In this document: positions 40,478 through 40,535 of the stretch, piece by piece | Numbering within the stretch: the first letter of the stretch is position 1 | Layout of the letters: the number at the start of each line of letters is the position of its first letter | Virus record (IMG/VR): IMGVR_UViG_3300036832_000511 | Span: 1 to 40,535 of that record | DNA from: a virus | Direction: 5' to 3' (one strand) | DNA: 40,535 nt | Made by a program: the position numbers and the translations under genes | Notes under the pieces: model-generated | Seen by the model: only the letters and a program-made list of their open reading frames with translations | What the model was told of the DNA's origin: nothing | The model's database searches: none

Positions 40478-40535
40478 GCCGCCGCCTCCACGTTCCGCGT
40501 CGAGGTTCGCGCGATCGACAGCAACAGGTCGCGGA
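40409..40535. repeat. Terminal overlap copy 2, identical to 1-127.
   Basis: Exact 127-nt match to the start of the window. Confidence 0.95.

Larger units (their letters stand above)
1..40535. mobile_element. Complete temperate podovirus-like phage (or excised prophage) genome, circularly closed. Unit length is 40,408 bp.
   Basis: Contains an integrase/excisionase pair, an attP-like repeat region, terminase, portal, scaffold, capsid, T7 gp11/gp12-like tail proteins, internal virion proteins and a tailspike. The ends overlap by 127 identical bases. Confidence 0.85.

Overview
The window is a complete, circularly closed phage genome. Bases 1-127 are identical to 40409-40535, so the unit length is 40,408 bp. 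It is a high-GC temperate phage with a T7-like podovirus virion module and no phage RNA or DNA polymerase. All functional calls come from reading the translated ORFs and the DNA by eye; no homology search was run.

Architecture:
1. A leftward replication/early operon wraps the junction (1243 down to 66, which equals 40474, then down to 36839). It encodes a DnaA-C-like HTH protein, a compact C5-methyltransferase-like protein, a Toprim primase, a small ORF, an SF3-type helicase and a 124-aa ORF.
2. A rightward xis-int cassette (1792-3638) is followed by an attP-like region packed with TTCCGACG repeats (3711-3975).
3. A roughly 29-kb leftward late region (32623 down to 3983) runs in this order:
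- TerS-like protein, TerL, portal and scaffold.
- A six-gene non-structural insert: a Cys-rich protein, an Xre-like HTH protein, a frameshifted ParB-like gene and small ORFs.
- Major capsid, two tandem paralogs, and a T7 gp11-like adaptor.
- An opposite-strand moron flanked by two terminators.
- A T7 gp12-like nozzle and a GNAT-like protein.
- A gp14-like protein plus three giant internal proteins; of the giants, one has an SLT domain and one a degenerate ddrB-ParB-like domain.
- A beta-helix tailspike and a small lipoprotein.
4. A rightward module of eight small genes (33134-36618) is driven by three sigma70-like promoters and punctuated by conserved, co-varying hairpin elements.
5. The divergent control region between modules 3 and 4 holds a ten-copy TAGTTCCC iteron-like array around an AT-rich core.

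Most genes are translationally coupled through ATGA/GTGA overlaps. The many long Arg/Pro/Ala-rich ORFs antisense to these genes are treated as high-GC artefacts.
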